A stretch of 64,000 nt of DNA from Sphyrna mokarran (lineage: Eukaryota): assembly GCA_024679065.1 (NCBI GenBank), contig JAGIQG010000009.1, positions 66,340,001 to 66,404,000 on the forward strand. Reading direction: 5' to 3'. The position numbers were made by a program, and so were the translations under genes. Positions 12,831 to 25,835 of the stretch are shown here, one piece after another (position 1 is the first letter of the stretch; every line of letters begins with the position of its first letter). The notes under the pieces were generated by a model. The model ran no database searches, had not been told where the DNA came from, and saw only the letters and a list, made by a program, of their open reading frames with translations.

Positions 12831-13295
12831 TTCAGGACAGACAGAGGTCTTGATTTTTCAACTGTAATGGGAGCAATTTTGTGCCCACATTGTTCCCACC
12901 CAGAAACGTTAGGGACCTCTCTTCAATACACTAACAGCTGATTAGGTGGCTCCCCTGCTGTATCATCCCCTCCCATTAGAAATTTCCCAACCAGGTTTAC
13001 AACAAGACTTTAAAAACTGGAATAAGCAAAAGGGAACCAGTCAGAGGTATACACGTAAGTACAACTTCTGAGGGAGGGGGTGTGGGAAGGAAACATGGCT
13101 GGGTACTGTCCTGGCAGTGCCCCGGCACTATCTTAACACTGCCCCAGGCTCAGTGCCAGAGAGCGGAAATGGGACTTCATTTGGATAGCTCCATTCGGGG
13201 CTGGGTGGTTCCAATGTCCTGATGGGTGGGAGGGTATGATAAGGATCTTTATCTCCGTGGGGGGTCTTTTTTTTAAAAAGATCAGCTGGACAGCC

Positions 13296-13440
13296 AACAC
13301 TGCACTTGCCTGATGAAGACACAGGAGTGTTGAAAGCTCGCTATTTTACTATCAAATAAATCGGTTGGATTAATAATTGGTGTTGCTAAATTCTTACTGA
13401 GTTCTTACCACTCCAATCCAACGCTGGCATCTTTACATCA
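13296..13440 (+). mobile_element. ~140-bp ORF-less Penelope pLTR-derived element with hammerhead
   Basis: TSD cagccaaca at 13291-13299 and 13439-13447; near-identical to 31294-31434. Confidence 0.85.
13308..13341 (+). ncRNA. Minimal type I hammerhead ribozyme motif
   Basis: gc CTGATGA a GACAC agga GTGTT GAAA gc TC gc. Confidence 0.7.
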
Positions 13441-13649
13441 GCCAACATTAACAGCTCCTTCAAGCCCCACCCATTAGTGTGACGGATGAGACACGCCTCC
13501 AGCACTTTTGTTTTAAAACCACACCGGACAACATGGAGGGAAAGACAGCTAACCACCAGCTTTCTCACCTGGTCCAGCATTTAGAAAAAAAATGGAAACT
13601 TTTGCCCAAAATATCCATTCTGCTAAAGGTTTATTGATCTGAAACATTA

Positions 13650-13774
13650 GCCAGGATTCTCCGGCCCCACCCACTACCAGGATCTTCCAGCTCTGATGAA
13701 AGTCAAGGGACTTTTGGCAGGTCTGCCATATCCACTGTGGCAGTTCACATCAGGACGGAGCTGGAAAATTCCAG
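13650..13774. mobile_element. MITE inserted in a decayed Penelope pLTR
   Basis: Termini ccaggattctccggcccc / ggagctggaaaattcc; flanks resemble pLTR (ctgctaaaggtttattgatctgaaacatt ... acgctgcctgg). Confidence 0.55.
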
Positions 13775-13889
13775 ATGTTAACATTGCTCCTTTCCTTAAA
13801 CGCTGCCTGGCTGTGTGGCCTCTCTCTGATAGGTATAAAAAATCCCTTGCACTGCGTGACTAAGGCCATATTGCCTATGATGCCATGGA

Positions 13890-14090
13890 TAATACTTATC
13901 CCTCACACAGTGTCACTAAACCAGATTATCTGCTCAACATCTCACCATTGTTTGTGGGAGCTGGCTTCATACAAATCAGCTGCTGTGTTTTCCACATTGC
14001 AACAGCAACTACAATTCAAAAGTACTTCAGTGACTATAAAGTGCTTTGGGGTGTCCCAAGATCATGATAAGCGCTCTGTAGATGCGGGAC
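13890..14090 (+). mobile_element. Deu-type SINE 3' part
   Basis: cagattatctgctcaacatctcaccattgtttgtgggagctggc...aaagtgctttggggtgtcc. Confidence 0.6.
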
Positions 14091-14454
14091 TTTTTCTTTT
14101 ATATACACCAGTAAAATATATTTATAGTAAAGACTGGAAGTGCAGGTTAGTGAGTAATCGCATTTGTCAGCATATCCGAGTTTTTCAGTTTAACATCACA
14201 GCTATGGGTCATAGTGGAATAATTCAGCCACCTCCTTTCAATACCTCCTTGACCTGGTGTCTAATCTCACAGCATGGTTAGATTTCATTTGGGGTCTTCT
14301 ATCTTTAAACCTCGTATAAAGATGCAAAGCACTGCATGTCATTACACATGACAAGAGGGAATATTGAGGCATGTGGTGGTCAGATCTGCAGAACACCCCT
14401 GCCTAGTGAAATGATATCTAACCTTGGCCATCTCTTAAGTTAAGTATTAGTATC

Positions 14455-14690
14455 AACAAAAGGTTCATATTAACACTGCAATGAAGTTACGATGAAAATC
14501 CCATACAAAACACCGAGGGAGAATTTGGCTTGGCCAATAGACCTAACCAACACATCATTCAGAGGAAACTACATAGACACAAGGAGAATTTGCAGACTCA
14601 GTACAGACAGTGACTCAAGCCATGAATCGAATCCAGATCTTTGTTGCTGTGAGGCAGCAGAGATAATCATTGTGCCTCCATGCAATCCAT
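14455..14690 (-). mobile_element. tRNA-derived SINE, type 2 tail
   Basis: attaacactgcaatgaagttac; reverse-strand head tgtgaggcagcag. Confidence 0.75.
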
Positions 14691-15429
14691 AATTCTGAAA
14701 GCCAACAGTAAACCCCAGACTAGCTTGGGCTGCTGCACCTATCTCATCATGGGCCACTCACTTTAACCCATGGCTGAATAATATACAACCAATAGCAATG
14801 GGAACTTACAGCAATTTTACAGCATGCATTGCCACAGATCACCTCCATAAGTTACCATCACTACATTAAACACTGGAGTGTTTTTCTTCTGCCCCTTACT
14901 GAGCTGTAACTTACCTTGGCAAAACTCTGCATTTTAATTTTGCAAAATATCCGTAACAAATTCATTATCATCGCTCATCACATTCTCAAACCCAATCGTC
15001 ACCCGGGCTTCTGACATGGATTATAGATCCTGTGATGTTCCAATTATTTTTTGTTAAAATGGTCAATTAAATTTTTCTTCTCCTTCCCCTGCCAGTTTGA
15101 ACAATTTGTGCTGTTCCCTTTGCCATCTTGTTAAATATTAAATTGCGTCATCCCAAAGACTCCTCATTTCTGAAGCAAACAATCCCAATTTCCAAAACCA
15201 TTCCACACAGGACATCAATTCCTAATGGAGTTGAGTTAAAAGAAGCTGTGTGTACATTACACGTAAACATGTTTTAAACATTAGTTTTCATTCAGTCTGA
15301 GATTACTGGAAAACCCAGACCAGATTCTGAAGAAGAAGCTGATGATTAGCTCCTGATAGTCTTATATTATCCCCTCTCCTATGTTATTGAGAAAGGGAAA
15401 TAATGACAATTAAATAATAATTCATAAAA

Positions 15430-15560
15430 TAATGAGATTTGATTCATTGTCACAAGTATTGGAATACAGCGAAACGTATCATTTCTCATGCACTATTCAG
15501 ACAAAGCATACTGTTCATAGGGGAGAAGGAAAGAAGAGAGTGCAGAATGTAGTACTGCAG
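15430..15560 (-). mobile_element. Rex1/Babar LINE 3' UTR fragment
   Basis: Reverse complement resembles 25720-25835 and 53410-53530. Confidence 0.55.
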
Positions 15561-16406
15561 AGGTCTTAAAAATAATTTTCAGCGGGAACCATGTAGATTT
15601 GAACAAATATCATTTACTTACAGGAGTTTGAAATAATGAGCAACTAAGGCCCCAGAGTAAGGGAACTGAAGACAGCACTCTCTTAATTTAAAAAGTTGCT
15701 TGTTTCTGGGTGGTCTCAGGATAATCAATGATGTAAGAGAGAAGATAATGATTACTCAGAACAGCATAGTTCAGGCTTAGATACCAACCTGCACTTTACA
15801 GGATCTTCTAAATAAATGCTGAAAAATTAATTTGAAACATAGCTGGACATCAGAACTTTAATTACGCCAACATGGTTTTGTACTGCCTGTAACACAGTGA
15901 TGGGCAACCAAGGATATTGAGTGGACTCTTTCATCCCAGTGGGCAATGAAATTGAAATCAGACTTGGTCACTAAACATGACACCATGGAAAAGATTAAAT
16001 ACATTTAATAAATGCCAAATATTTCATGATGAGTTTTAGAAAGTATTTAATTATTTGTATATTAATAGAACCATCATCTACTTCAAGTGATAAAAATAAA
16101 AGAAATATTTACAGTTTGGATGCAGAGGGAGTGCATGACTCTCCTAATACAGTGTGTAATCAGCGTGCACCTCACTTCACTTGCCCTTGCTTCAGTCATA
16201 CTGGTAGGAAAAAACTAGGCAGTTGGAAATCAGCAGAATGTAGCAACCCTGTGCACGAGTAATGGTGAACAAAATGATTCCTGGGCTGCAGTCTGGACCC
16301 AGATAGGCTTCATGTGGAAAAATATTGAAGTCAACTGAACTCAGCCATCTCCCTGATTTGTAGTTATATTAATTACAGACAATACCGGAGGTCAACACTG
16401 AGCAAC

Positions 16407-16727
16407 AGGCAGCAAGAATGGTGGCACAATGGTTATCACTGCTGCCTCTCGTCATCAGGGACCCAGGTTCAATTCCAATCTTCAACGATTGTCTGTGTGG
16501 AAGTTGCACATTCACCCTGTGCCTGCATGAGTTTCCTCTGGATGCTGCGGTTTCCTTCCACAGTCCAAAGATGCGCAGGATAGATTCATTGGCCATGCTA
16601 AATTGATCCTAATATTAGGGGATTAGGAGGGCAAGTTTGTGGGGTTATGGGAAAAGCGACTGAGTAGGATTGTGGTCAGTGCAGGCTCGATGGGCTGAAT
16701 GGCCCTCTTCTACACTGTTGGGATTCT
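16407..16727 (+). mobile_element. HE1-type SINE
   Basis: Full head, central domain and tail. Confidence 0.85.
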
Positions 16728-16759
16728 AAAACAGCAGGATAACAGTGTGTCTGCAATGG

Positions 16760-16975
16760 AATGAGAGATAAAATGAGACAGAGAAAGAAAGAGAAAGACG
16801 GGAACAGTCAAAAAAATGGCAGACAGGGATGGGTGAGAGCTGAGATAGAGACAGACAGAACAGGGAAGGGAGTAGGAAAACGTGAGTGAGTGAGAGGACA
16901 GCAAAAAAGGAGAGAGAGAGAAAAAAAGATGTGCGGAGGGACAGTGAGAAACTGAGTGGGGAGAGGCAAAGCTAG
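16760..16975. repeat. GA-rich low-complexity tract abutting the gap
   Basis: Degenerate (GA/GACA)n purine-rich sequence. Confidence 0.7.
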
Positions 16976-17131
16976 NNNNNNNNNNNNNNNNNNNNNNNNN
17001 NNNNNNNNNNNNNNNNNNNNNNNNNNNNNNNNNNNNNNNNNNNNNNNNNNNNNNNNNNNNNNNNNNNNNNNNNNNNNNNNNNNNNNNNNNNNNNNNNNNN
17101 NNNNNNNNNNNNNNNNNNNNNNNNNNNNNNN
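16976..17131. other. Assembly gap (156 N)
   Basis: Run of N. Confidence 1.
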
Positions 17132-18184
17132 TCTTTTGATGGCCAAAGGGCAGATTTCTTCTGCTAATTCTGTATATAATCTCACCAGCCCACAGTGTGT
17201 CCAGGGGAATCTCGCCTTCCAGATAATGACTAGGCTTTATCGCTGACCACAATCCCATACTGCTCACTCCCAAAATGGAGGAAAAGATTACTGAACTTCT
17301 AAATGTGTCCTTGGAAACTATTCATTTAAAGAGAGAGAGGTAGAAAGCTCAGTTCTATCAGATCAAAATCTTTCCTGTGCTTTTAGGGCAGCATGAAATA
17401 CAGGCATTAATGTGCTGCTACCACAATGCCCTGAACCCTGTTCAGGTAGGCCAAGAATAACTCAGAACTCTGGCCAATACTACGCAATGGTGTCTCAAGG
17501 AATATCTAGGCCTCGTTCAGTTCCCAAGAGCTCCTGAGGCAAAAGGCAATGGGCGGGATTTTATGGTCTTTCTTGTCCCAAAACCATAAACCTCTAATGG
17601 AACATCCCATTGTCAGCTCCGATTCCTGTGGCTGGCCAAAATATTCACGTGACCAATTATCTGTGATTCCAAAAGAAATAATTTTTTATTTCTTTCAACT
17701 GAAGCTTATAATTCTCTCCACCAGCACCCCTCCCACCCATTCAGGAATCTAAAGTCCCCATCTCCACCCCACATCCCGGATGCTTCTTTTGACCAATTTC
17801 TACGGACAGGCTTCAAATGGGAACTTATCTTCACGGGTGTTTCTGTCACATTAGCCGAAACCCCTCAACCTGTTCTGAGATTTAAGTGTAATTATGAGAA
17901 ATTGTTGACTGCTGGCCAGCCATATCCTTTGATCTTACTCGAGCATGCACTGATCTGGCAATAATGACTGTTCCAGCGTGTTTTATTTTAACAGAGAGTT
18001 GATTAAAGTGTGATGCACAGCTGAATGCTTTAATCAACTCGAGGTCCCTGACTCAACCATAAAGCTCACTGAGACGTGCCTTGGTATCCCTGGGTAATCT
18101 TATGTTCAGAAATCCAAGCCTTGGCTGTACATTAACTCTTCTCATGACAGCCCCATGTTTGGCCATTTTCTACAATTCATTTGC

Positions 18185-18540
18185 AGACGACCCAGGTTCA
18201 ATTCCAGCCTCGGTCACTGTCTGTGTGGAGTTTGCACATTCTTCCTGTGTCTGTGTGGGTTTTCTTTAGGTGTTCCTGTTTCCTTCCACACTTCCGAGAT
18301 GTGCATTTTAAGTGGGTTGGCCATGCTACGTTGCCCCTTAGTATCCCAAGATGTGCAGGTTGGATGGATTAGCAGTGCAAATACTTGGTTATAAGGAACA
18401 GTTCTGGGTAGGATTTCCCCTTAGTGTCAGGGGAATTACATGACGTTACAAGAGTAGGGGCTGATTGGGATTTTTGTCGACGCAGACTCGATGGGCAGAA
18501 CGTCCTGATCGTGCACTATAGGAATTTTACGATTCTACGT
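18185..18540 (+). mobile_element. HE1-type SINE, 5'-clipped
   Basis: gacccaggttcaattccagcctcggtcactgtctgtgtggagtttgcacattct...; tail. Confidence 0.8.
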
Positions 18541-18904
18541 GGATTGAAGTGTAGGACTGACCCAGAAGCATGTGAAGATGATAAGACAGCACGCTTGACC
18601 TATTATGATCTCATGCTAAAACATTTAACCAGAATGTTCATATTATAGCATTTGTGAACTACCAAGTGATAATGAATTAAACCAGGGAACATAAAAGCTG
18701 AAACGCATCAGCTATCCTACGTGACAAATAAAGAAGTCAAAAATGAAATCTTGAACAAAGGCATAATCATGTAAAACATCATGGCTGACAAAATATGTGC
18801 TGCACTCTGCAAGGGCAGTATATAATTACTGTCAATCCAATCTTCCAGATACATGGCAACTACCATAGGATTTACAAACCCAAGGATATAATCAGATCTT
18901 TTTT

Positions 18905-19185
18905 TTACTTGTTAGCGTCGCAAGTAGACTTACTGCAATTAAGCTACTGTGAAAAACTCCTAGTTGCCACACTCCGGCACCTGTTCGGGAAAATTGCGGG
19001 ACAATTTAGCATGGCTAATGAGCCTAACCAGAACACCTTTCAGACTGTGGGAGGAAACTGGAGCGCCCAGAGAAACCCACACAGACATGGAGAGAACGTG
19101 CAGACTCCGCACAGGCAGTGACCCAAGCTGGAAATTGAACCAGGATCCCTGGCATTATAAGGCATCATTGCTAACCACTGTGCGA
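18905..19185 (-). mobile_element. tRNA-derived SINE, type 2 tail
   Basis: Reverse-strand head gctaaccactgtg; tail caagtagacttactgcaattaagctactgtgaaaa. Confidence 0.8.
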
Positions 19186-19416
19186 CCAAATCAAGACAGG
19201 AGAGATGAGTGGTTTGCATCTGCTGGAGTTCTTCCCATCCTGTGTAAGAAGCCTCATCAATCCATATGTCAATTAATTAAGCAGCATGGATCACACCAGA
19301 TAGAGGGACAGAACGCGTTAGCAGTCTCCTCTCATCCGGTGAGACGCTGCTGAAACCTTGCATTGAACAGTATCTGAGGCAATGACAGAACTTCTTAGAT
19401 CTTTAAGCTAAGGAAC

Positions 19417-19723
19417 CCCCGTAACTTGCCTGGATTAGCAAAAAACCTCACTTACTGTGCTGTCTGGAGAAAATACACAATTCTCTAACCAATGCTCAGG
19501 ATTCCCTTCACACACATTGTTAGCCACTTTAACACTTGAATAGCAGGTTAGATGTAAGGATTCGCATTCTAATCAGCAATCTGTAACTGTCTGTGTGGAT
19601 ATGAGTGCCTCTGCAGATCAGAACACTGCATTTGCCTGACGAAGGCACAACATAGTATCGAAAGCTCGCAGATTTACTATCAAATAAATTGGTTGGATTT
19701 AAAATTGGTGTTGCAAAACTTTA
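19417..19723 (+). mobile_element. Solo Penelope pLTR with hammerhead
   Basis: Homologous to 59880-60158; TSD ctaaggaac at 19408-19416 and 19724-19732. Confidence 0.85.
19630..19673 (+). ncRNA. Minimal type I hammerhead ribozyme motif with 6-bp stem I
   Basis: ATTTGC CTGACGA a GGCAC aacata GTATC GAAA gc TC GCAGAT. Confidence 0.75.
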
Positions 19724-20517
19724 CTAAGGAACAGAGACAGTGCTCTGTGCTCATTTGCCTCACTGTAAAGCTGGTGGTCCTTTACCTGCCATTTTGTGCC
19801 TCTATTTTTCAGTGCTGCAATCAAGCTCAGCCCCAGCTCCATTGGCAGACCCGTAACACAAAAGGCAGCAGCACTAATACCCAGGTTAGCATGACGACTT
19901 AGTACAGGAGGCTGCTTTTCCACACACTCATACTGTCACTCAGCAGAAGGGATTGGGCAGCGGCAACATTTGGCCAGCCAGCTCCCATGGGCCAGCGGAT
20001 TTTCTCAGCTGGAATTAGAATGACGGGTTCCGGAGTTCCAGGCCCGAGTACATGTTGTATTCATGTCAGTTGTTATTGCAACTTCAAACATACATGAAGC
20101 AAACTGATGAGTACTGGGCACCTCCAGCGAATTGCTCAGTGTGGAAATGGTTCACAATACATTAAAAAAACCCACCAGATTTAATTCCCAACTGCTTTGC
20201 CAGAATAGGGAAATGATTTTCTGAAATGGAACAGGATGAATTAAGTCTACCTTGTTGTGTTTGAATCATCTGCTGCGTGACATTTGCTTCACAAACTGGT
20301 CACTGTGCTGCCAGGCACTCAAAGCACAAGACCATTTTGTTCTTAAACAATGGTGTCCATTTAGTTTGGATGATAGGAGATCATCCTTGCATCAGCTGCC
20401 TATTTACAACTCTCAAGTTGGCATCTAATTCTGACTGCAACACACCAGCACCCCCATCGCTCCTCAACATTGCACCTTGACCTGCTGGAAAAAGATGATG
20501 AGCTGCCTAAGCCAGGG

Positions 20518-20762
20518 AGTAAAAAGTCTTATAGCACCAAGTTAAAGTCCAACAGGTTTATTTGATAGTAAACACCACAAACTTTTGGAACACTTTCGTC
20601 AAGTGAGTGGACAGTTCTGATCAGAAACAAGGCATATAAAGGCACACACAATTTACAGCTTGTGGCACTTACGATCAAATAAACCTGTTGGACTTTAACT
20701 TGTGTGTTGTGAGACTTCTTACTGTGTTTACCCCAGTCTAAAGCCAGCATCTCTACATCATG
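20518..20762. mobile_element. Inverted pair of Penelope pLTR ends
   Basis: gttaaagtccaacaggtttatttgat mirrored by atcaaataaacctgttggactttaac; + copy ends in ccccagtctaaagccagcatctctacatca. Confidence 0.85.
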
Positions 20763-21711
20763 AGTTAGAGAGATCAGAGGTCTTTCTGGTCAGAAAGTGC
20801 GAGTCAGACCTATAATGCAAAAATTTTGCCACGGAAATAAACAGAGACAAAACAATCCAGACACAGGCATGTAAACATGAACATCAACTGTGAAAAACCA
20901 TGATCTGCTGGATGGAAGGCAGGATAGTACTGACAGCAGACACATATCTTGGACAAACATCAGTCAATGGTAAGTCCACGAGGGACAAGAGACTGACTAA
21001 CCAATTGTTCAGCTAATGGTACAATTCTGTTATTGGAATAAGGCAGCAGACATTAGTAGCATAAACTCTGAAAGGCAATGAGCAAATATTGCTCCCTCAT
21101 GCAGAGTTTTATGTACTGTTATCCGCAAGAGTTCCATTTGCTTTTAGAAAGCCAGATGTCTATAACCTCCCCACCAGAGACCATTAAAGACCCAGTTTCA
21201 TTATGTAAAAGGTTTGTGAAATATTGTAAAGTTTTCAAATTAAAATTCCAATTAAATCTCAGCCCATTAAAATTGGATCATTAAAAAAAATTGATTAACT
21301 GGATTTCTGATACCTGTCTTGAAAAACAATTTTATTCATAAGAAAAAAGATGGAAAGGATTAGTTTCATCTCAGCAGTGCATTTTTTTTCCTTCTGAACT
21401 AAAGTTTTAAAAATAGGTATGAATATGTAAAGCAACAGGAAAATAAAAGCTGGAAGCAGGCTCGGCATCATGTGTGGTAAATTCCAAGTTCAGATTGGAG
21501 GGTATGGGGAGGTCATACTGTCATATGACAAACGTGTTTCAAAAGAGAAACTTGACAACAAAGATGCCTTTCAACCTTTATTGCACTCTCGTGTTTAGCT
21601 GGTGAATGATAATCAGATGTAAAACTAGAGATATTAAATCACTGGAACTTTTCTGTACTTCCACATATACTGCCCAACAAACTGCTTTCAATGCCAACAA
21701 TCTAGATTTAG

Positions 21712-21997
21712 ACAGCATCACGCTGGCCGAGTGGTTAGCACCACTGTCTTTGAGCACCAGGGACTTGGGTTTGCTTCCCAGCTTAGGTCACTGTCCATGC
21801 GGAGTTTGTACATTCTCTCAGTGTTTGTGTGGGTTTCCTCCTACAGTCCAAAAGGCGTGCTGATTAGGTGCACTGACGATGCTAAATTCTTCCTCGGTGT
21901 ACCCAAACAGGCACTGGAATGTGGCAACTAGGGCATTTTTACTGTAACTTCAGTGCAGTGAAGCCAAGCCCTGACAGTAATAAATAAATTTAACTTT
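21712..21997 (+). mobile_element. tRNA-derived SINE, type 2 tail
   Basis: gagtggttagcacc head; ttactgtaacttcagtgcagtg...taataaataaa tail. Confidence 0.8.
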
Positions 21998-22062
21998 GTA
22001 AAAGATGCTTCTCAGTTGTGCAATTAGACAAAATTTGAGACCCAGACATATAAAGCAATATT

Positions 22063-22181
22063 AGGGAAGGAAATTCCAGCCCCATCCACCACTGAGATCT
22101 TTCAGTCTGCCAAAGTCTTTTGAGGGGCCCTCTGCATTCCCATTGGGGCATCCTGCCTGAGCAGGGCTGGAAAATCCCAGC
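22063..22181. mobile_element. MITE inside a - strand L2 remnant
   Basis: TIR ggaaattccagccc / gggctggaaaatcc. Confidence 0.65.
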
Positions 22182-22410
22182 TGAGGCCAGATGATCAAGT
22201 TTTTGGTCAAAGAATTTGGCTTTAAGGGAATCTTAAAGGCAGGAAGAGAGATTGAAGATAAAAAAATTTCATACAATCACAGAATGGTTACAGTGCAGAA
22301 GGAGGCCATTCAGCCCATCATGTTCCTGCTCTCTGGAACAGCAATGCACCAACTCCCACTCCCCAGTCTTTTCCCTGTAGTTCAGCAAATGTCTTCACTT
22401 CTGCTAAACA

Positions 22411-22722
22411 TCGGCAGCACAGTGATTAGCACTGCTGCCTCACAGCAGCAGGAACACAGGTTCAATCCTGGCCTTGGGTGACTGTCTGCATGGGCTTTCT
22501 CCCAGTGCTCCAGTTTCTTCCCACAGTCCAAAGATGTGCAGGTTAGGTGACTGACCTTGCTAAATTGATGCCTGGTGTCTAAAGAAATGTCAGTTAGATG
22601 GATTAGCCTGTCAGCGTCAGGGTAAATACGTGGATTATGAGGATAGGGTCTGGATGGGATTGTTGTCGACGCAGACTTGATGGGTCAAATGGCCTCCTTC
22701 TGCACTATAGGGATACTATGAA
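22411..22722 (+). mobile_element. HE1-type SINE
   Basis: Head and tail. Confidence 0.85.
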
Positions 22723-22724
22723 AT

Positions 22725-23115
22725 AGCCAATTTTGTTTTCGAATAGGACCGCGATTAAGTTTGCCTCTGCCACACTCTCAGGCAGAGCATTCCAGATCCT
22801 AACCACTCAATGTGAAAATGTTTTTCCCTGCATGCTGTTGCTTTTTATTGCCATTCACCTTAAAAGGGTTGTCGTCCCTTGTGCCAGTGGGAACAGTTTC
22901 CCTTGGGAAACATTTCTGTCCACACCTTTCATGATTTCGAACACTTCTATCAAATCTCCTCTTAATCCTCTTGTTTCCAAGGCAAAGAGTCCCAGCTTGT
23001 CCAATCGATTCACTTGGCTCATATCCAAAACCATCTTCAGAAATATTTTTCTGTATGCTCCCTCGAATGCCTTCACATATTTTGTAAAACGTGGTGCCCA
23101 AGATTGGACACAATA
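22725..23115 (-). mobile_element. CR1 LINE 3' fragment
   Basis: RLDKLGLFALETRGLRGDLIEVFEIMKG. Confidence 0.85.
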
Positions 23116-24049
23116 ATCAAGGGAGTGACTGGCAGAGCTTAGGGGCTAGACAGCTGAAAGCACATTTGCCAAAAGGTAGAGTGATTGGAATTGAGGATGC
23201 CCAAGAGACCAGAATTCAAGGAGTGCAAACACCCCAGAGGATTAGATGACTGGAGGGGGTTTCAGACACAAGATGTGATTTGAAAACAAGGATGTGTATT
23301 TTCAATTTGAAACATAGGCAGTCTAGTTACATCATGCACTAGAGTTCAATTGAATGAATACGCTCCTTGTAGAACATCAAACAGAGTCAGAGTTTTACAA
23401 CAGAAAAAGAGACCCTTCAACCTGTCTGTACCAGCCGTCAAACACCCAACTATTTTAATCCCATTTGGTCCAGAGCAGCAGAGTTTTAATTCCAAAATAC
23501 CCTTCCTCCCAGGGGAATTTCCAATGTATCCATGCAAAAACAAAACACTGGCTATCAGGAATACAAATAAGAAATGCTGGAAATGCTCAGCATCTGCAGA
23601 GAGAAAGAAAGTGTACTTGATGACCCTCGTTAAGACAATGCATGGTGCAAGATTGAGTTAGGTGAAGCAGCCCAAACTTGGATTATTTCCTTTGGCTCCA
23701 TCTTAGCTAGTTTTAGTTCAATGATTTTGGCACTGAGATGGCAGAACTCAGATCTCAGCATGAAGACTGCAGTGCTAATAAAAACAAATTTATTTAATTT
23801 ATATGTTAAAACCAAGCGTGAGCTCAGAGTTCCTTGTTGATACAGACATCTGCCTTTACTCAAACAGAGATCCAATTAAAGCTTGGATAACACCCATCCC
23901 AGCAGACGTGTACAGATTTTAACTTCTTCATCTTGTATCGTGTTGAAATCAATCTCCCTAAAAAGACAACTGGTTTAACATTGTCTCAATCCCATTATAC
24001 CCCAGAGTAGACAATATTCTTTGCTTGCTCTCTTCCAAAAACAACCAAG

Positions 24050-24645
24050 AATAGATTAAATTAAATAGAATGAATGGCAGATGCAATGACATGGATAAAT
24101 ATGAGGTTATCCACTTTGGTAACAATAATAGGAAGACATTTTTATTTGAATGAGAGAGACAGATACTTAGTGAGACCTTGGTGACATTGTGCATCAGTCA
24201 CTGAAAGTAACATGCATGTACAGCAGGCAGTAAAGAAGGCAAATGGTATTTTGATCTTCATAGTGAAAGAGTTTGTGTATAGGAAGAGAAATGTTTTATT
24301 GCAATTGTGTAAGACATTGGTGAAACCACACCTGGAGTATTGTGTGCAGTTTTGATGTCTTATCTGAGGAGGGATGTCTTTGCTATAGAGAGAGTACAAT
24401 GAAGGTTAATCAAGCTGATTCCTGAGATAGCAGGTCTGTCATATGAAGACAGACCAAGTTGACTAGGATTATATTCACTGGAGTTTAGAAGAGTGAGAGG
24501 GGATCTCATAGAATCTTATAAAATTCTAACAGGATTAGACATGGGAGATTCAGAAAGAATGATCCCAATGGTGGGGGAGTCCAGAATTAGAGGTCATAGT
24601 TTGAGGATAAGGGGTAAGTCTTTTTGGAACAGGTGAAGAGAATCA
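24050..24645 (+). mobile_element. CR1 LINE RT C-terminal fragment
   Basis: LVKPHLEYCVQF, LGLYSLEFRRVRGDLIE. Confidence 0.85.
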
Positions 24646-24810
24646 ACCTAACCTGTACATGTTTGGAGTGTGGGAAGAAACTGGAGCACCTGGAGGAAAC
24701 CCATACAGAAATGGGGAGAAGGTACAAACTCCACGCAGACAGTCTCCAAGGTAGGAATTAAATCTGGGTCCCTGCTGCTGTGAGGTAGCAGTGCTAACCA
24801 TTGTGCCATG
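24640..24810 (-). mobile_element. HE1-type SINE 5' half
   Basis: Reverse-strand head tgtgaggtagcagtgctaaccattgtgcca. Confidence 0.8.
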
Positions 24811-25171
24811 TGAATATGCTCAGCCTACAGGCCCATGGGGTTATAGTCAATTCTATCAATCCAGATTATTGGATCACAATTAGTAAAAGAATATCTAACC
24901 ACAGTCCAGACACTGAGGCCGATTACTGCCTTCACCAGTAATCAAGGGTCAGCAATGGTATAGATTATGGCTCAAAATGGAGGCCTTTACTCATGGCTGA
25001 GTAAAAGATGGGTCATATATAATACAACACGTATTATCTGGGGTTTTAGACTTAAAAAAAGCTGAAAGGTTGGTATAGAGATTGAACAACAGAGGCTTCT
25101 TGCTTCTGCAAATGCATCTGACAGTGAAGACTAACCAAAACATGTGGGAAGGAATTCACTGAACCTGCCTC

Positions 25172-25282
25172 TCAGTGGGGTTTTCCAGGCCCGCTGCCAT
25201 GAATGGAGATTTGGCTGAGCATCAAATTCACCGTTCTTGCTGGTAGCAGGGACAGGGTGTGCGAAATTGGAGAATTCCGGCT
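25172..25282. mobile_element. MITE (relatives at ~36355-36470 and ~45235-45336)
   Basis: Termini ggggttttcc / ggagaattccgg; shared interior gagatttggctg...caaatt. Confidence 0.55.
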
Positions 25283-25434
25283 GTGATGTGATAACAGGAA
25301 GTAATGCAATATATATTTACATAAGTATGAATTCAAGTAAATAGACTGATTTCATCCAACATATGTTTTACCAGAAGCCTTTGGGGATCAACAGTTTATA
25401 ATATAAGCTATCATGAACGAATGGTTATAAATGT

Positions 25435-25835
25435 AAAGGTCATAAACAAAGCCTAGTCCATCACGCAAACCAGCCTCCCATCCATCTACTCTGTCTACAT
25501 TTCCTGCTGCCTTAGAAAAGCAGCCAGCATAATCAAGCACACCATGCACCCCAGACATATTCTCTTCCACCTTCTTCCAATGGGAAAAAGATTCAAAAGT
25601 CTGAGGTCACAAACCAATCGACTCAAGAACAACTTCTTCCCTGCTGCCATCAGACTTTTGAATAGACCTACCTCATATTAAGTTGATCTTTCTCTACACC
25701 CTAGCTTTGACTGTAACAATACACTCTGTACCCTTTCCTTTCTCCCCTACTCTATTAAAAATATGTTTTGTCTGTATAGTGCCAGAAGCAATATTTTTCA
25801 CTGTATACCAATACCCAGGGCAATAATAAATCAAA
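25435..25835 (+). mobile_element. Rex1/Babar LINE 3' end
   Basis: KAASIIK..HP.H.LFHLLP.GKRFKSL...TNRLKNNFFPAAIRLLN; ends aataataaatcaaa. Confidence 0.85.

Larger units (their letters stand above)
12869..13607. mobile_element. MITE-like DNA element hosting the hammerhead mini-element
   Basis: Imperfect termini gggagcaatttt / aaacttttgccc; ggcagtgccc interior like other MITEs here. Confidence 0.4.

Noticed and set aside
13693-13715. ctgatgaaagtcaagggactt as a hammerhead
   Set aside because: No GAAA after the stem; lies inside a MITE
15895-15910. hAT-like terminus cagtgatgggcaacc
   Set aside because: No matching right TIR or 8-bp TSD found
16710-17273. ORFs of 96-187 aa
   Set aside because: They span the N gap and low-complexity sequence
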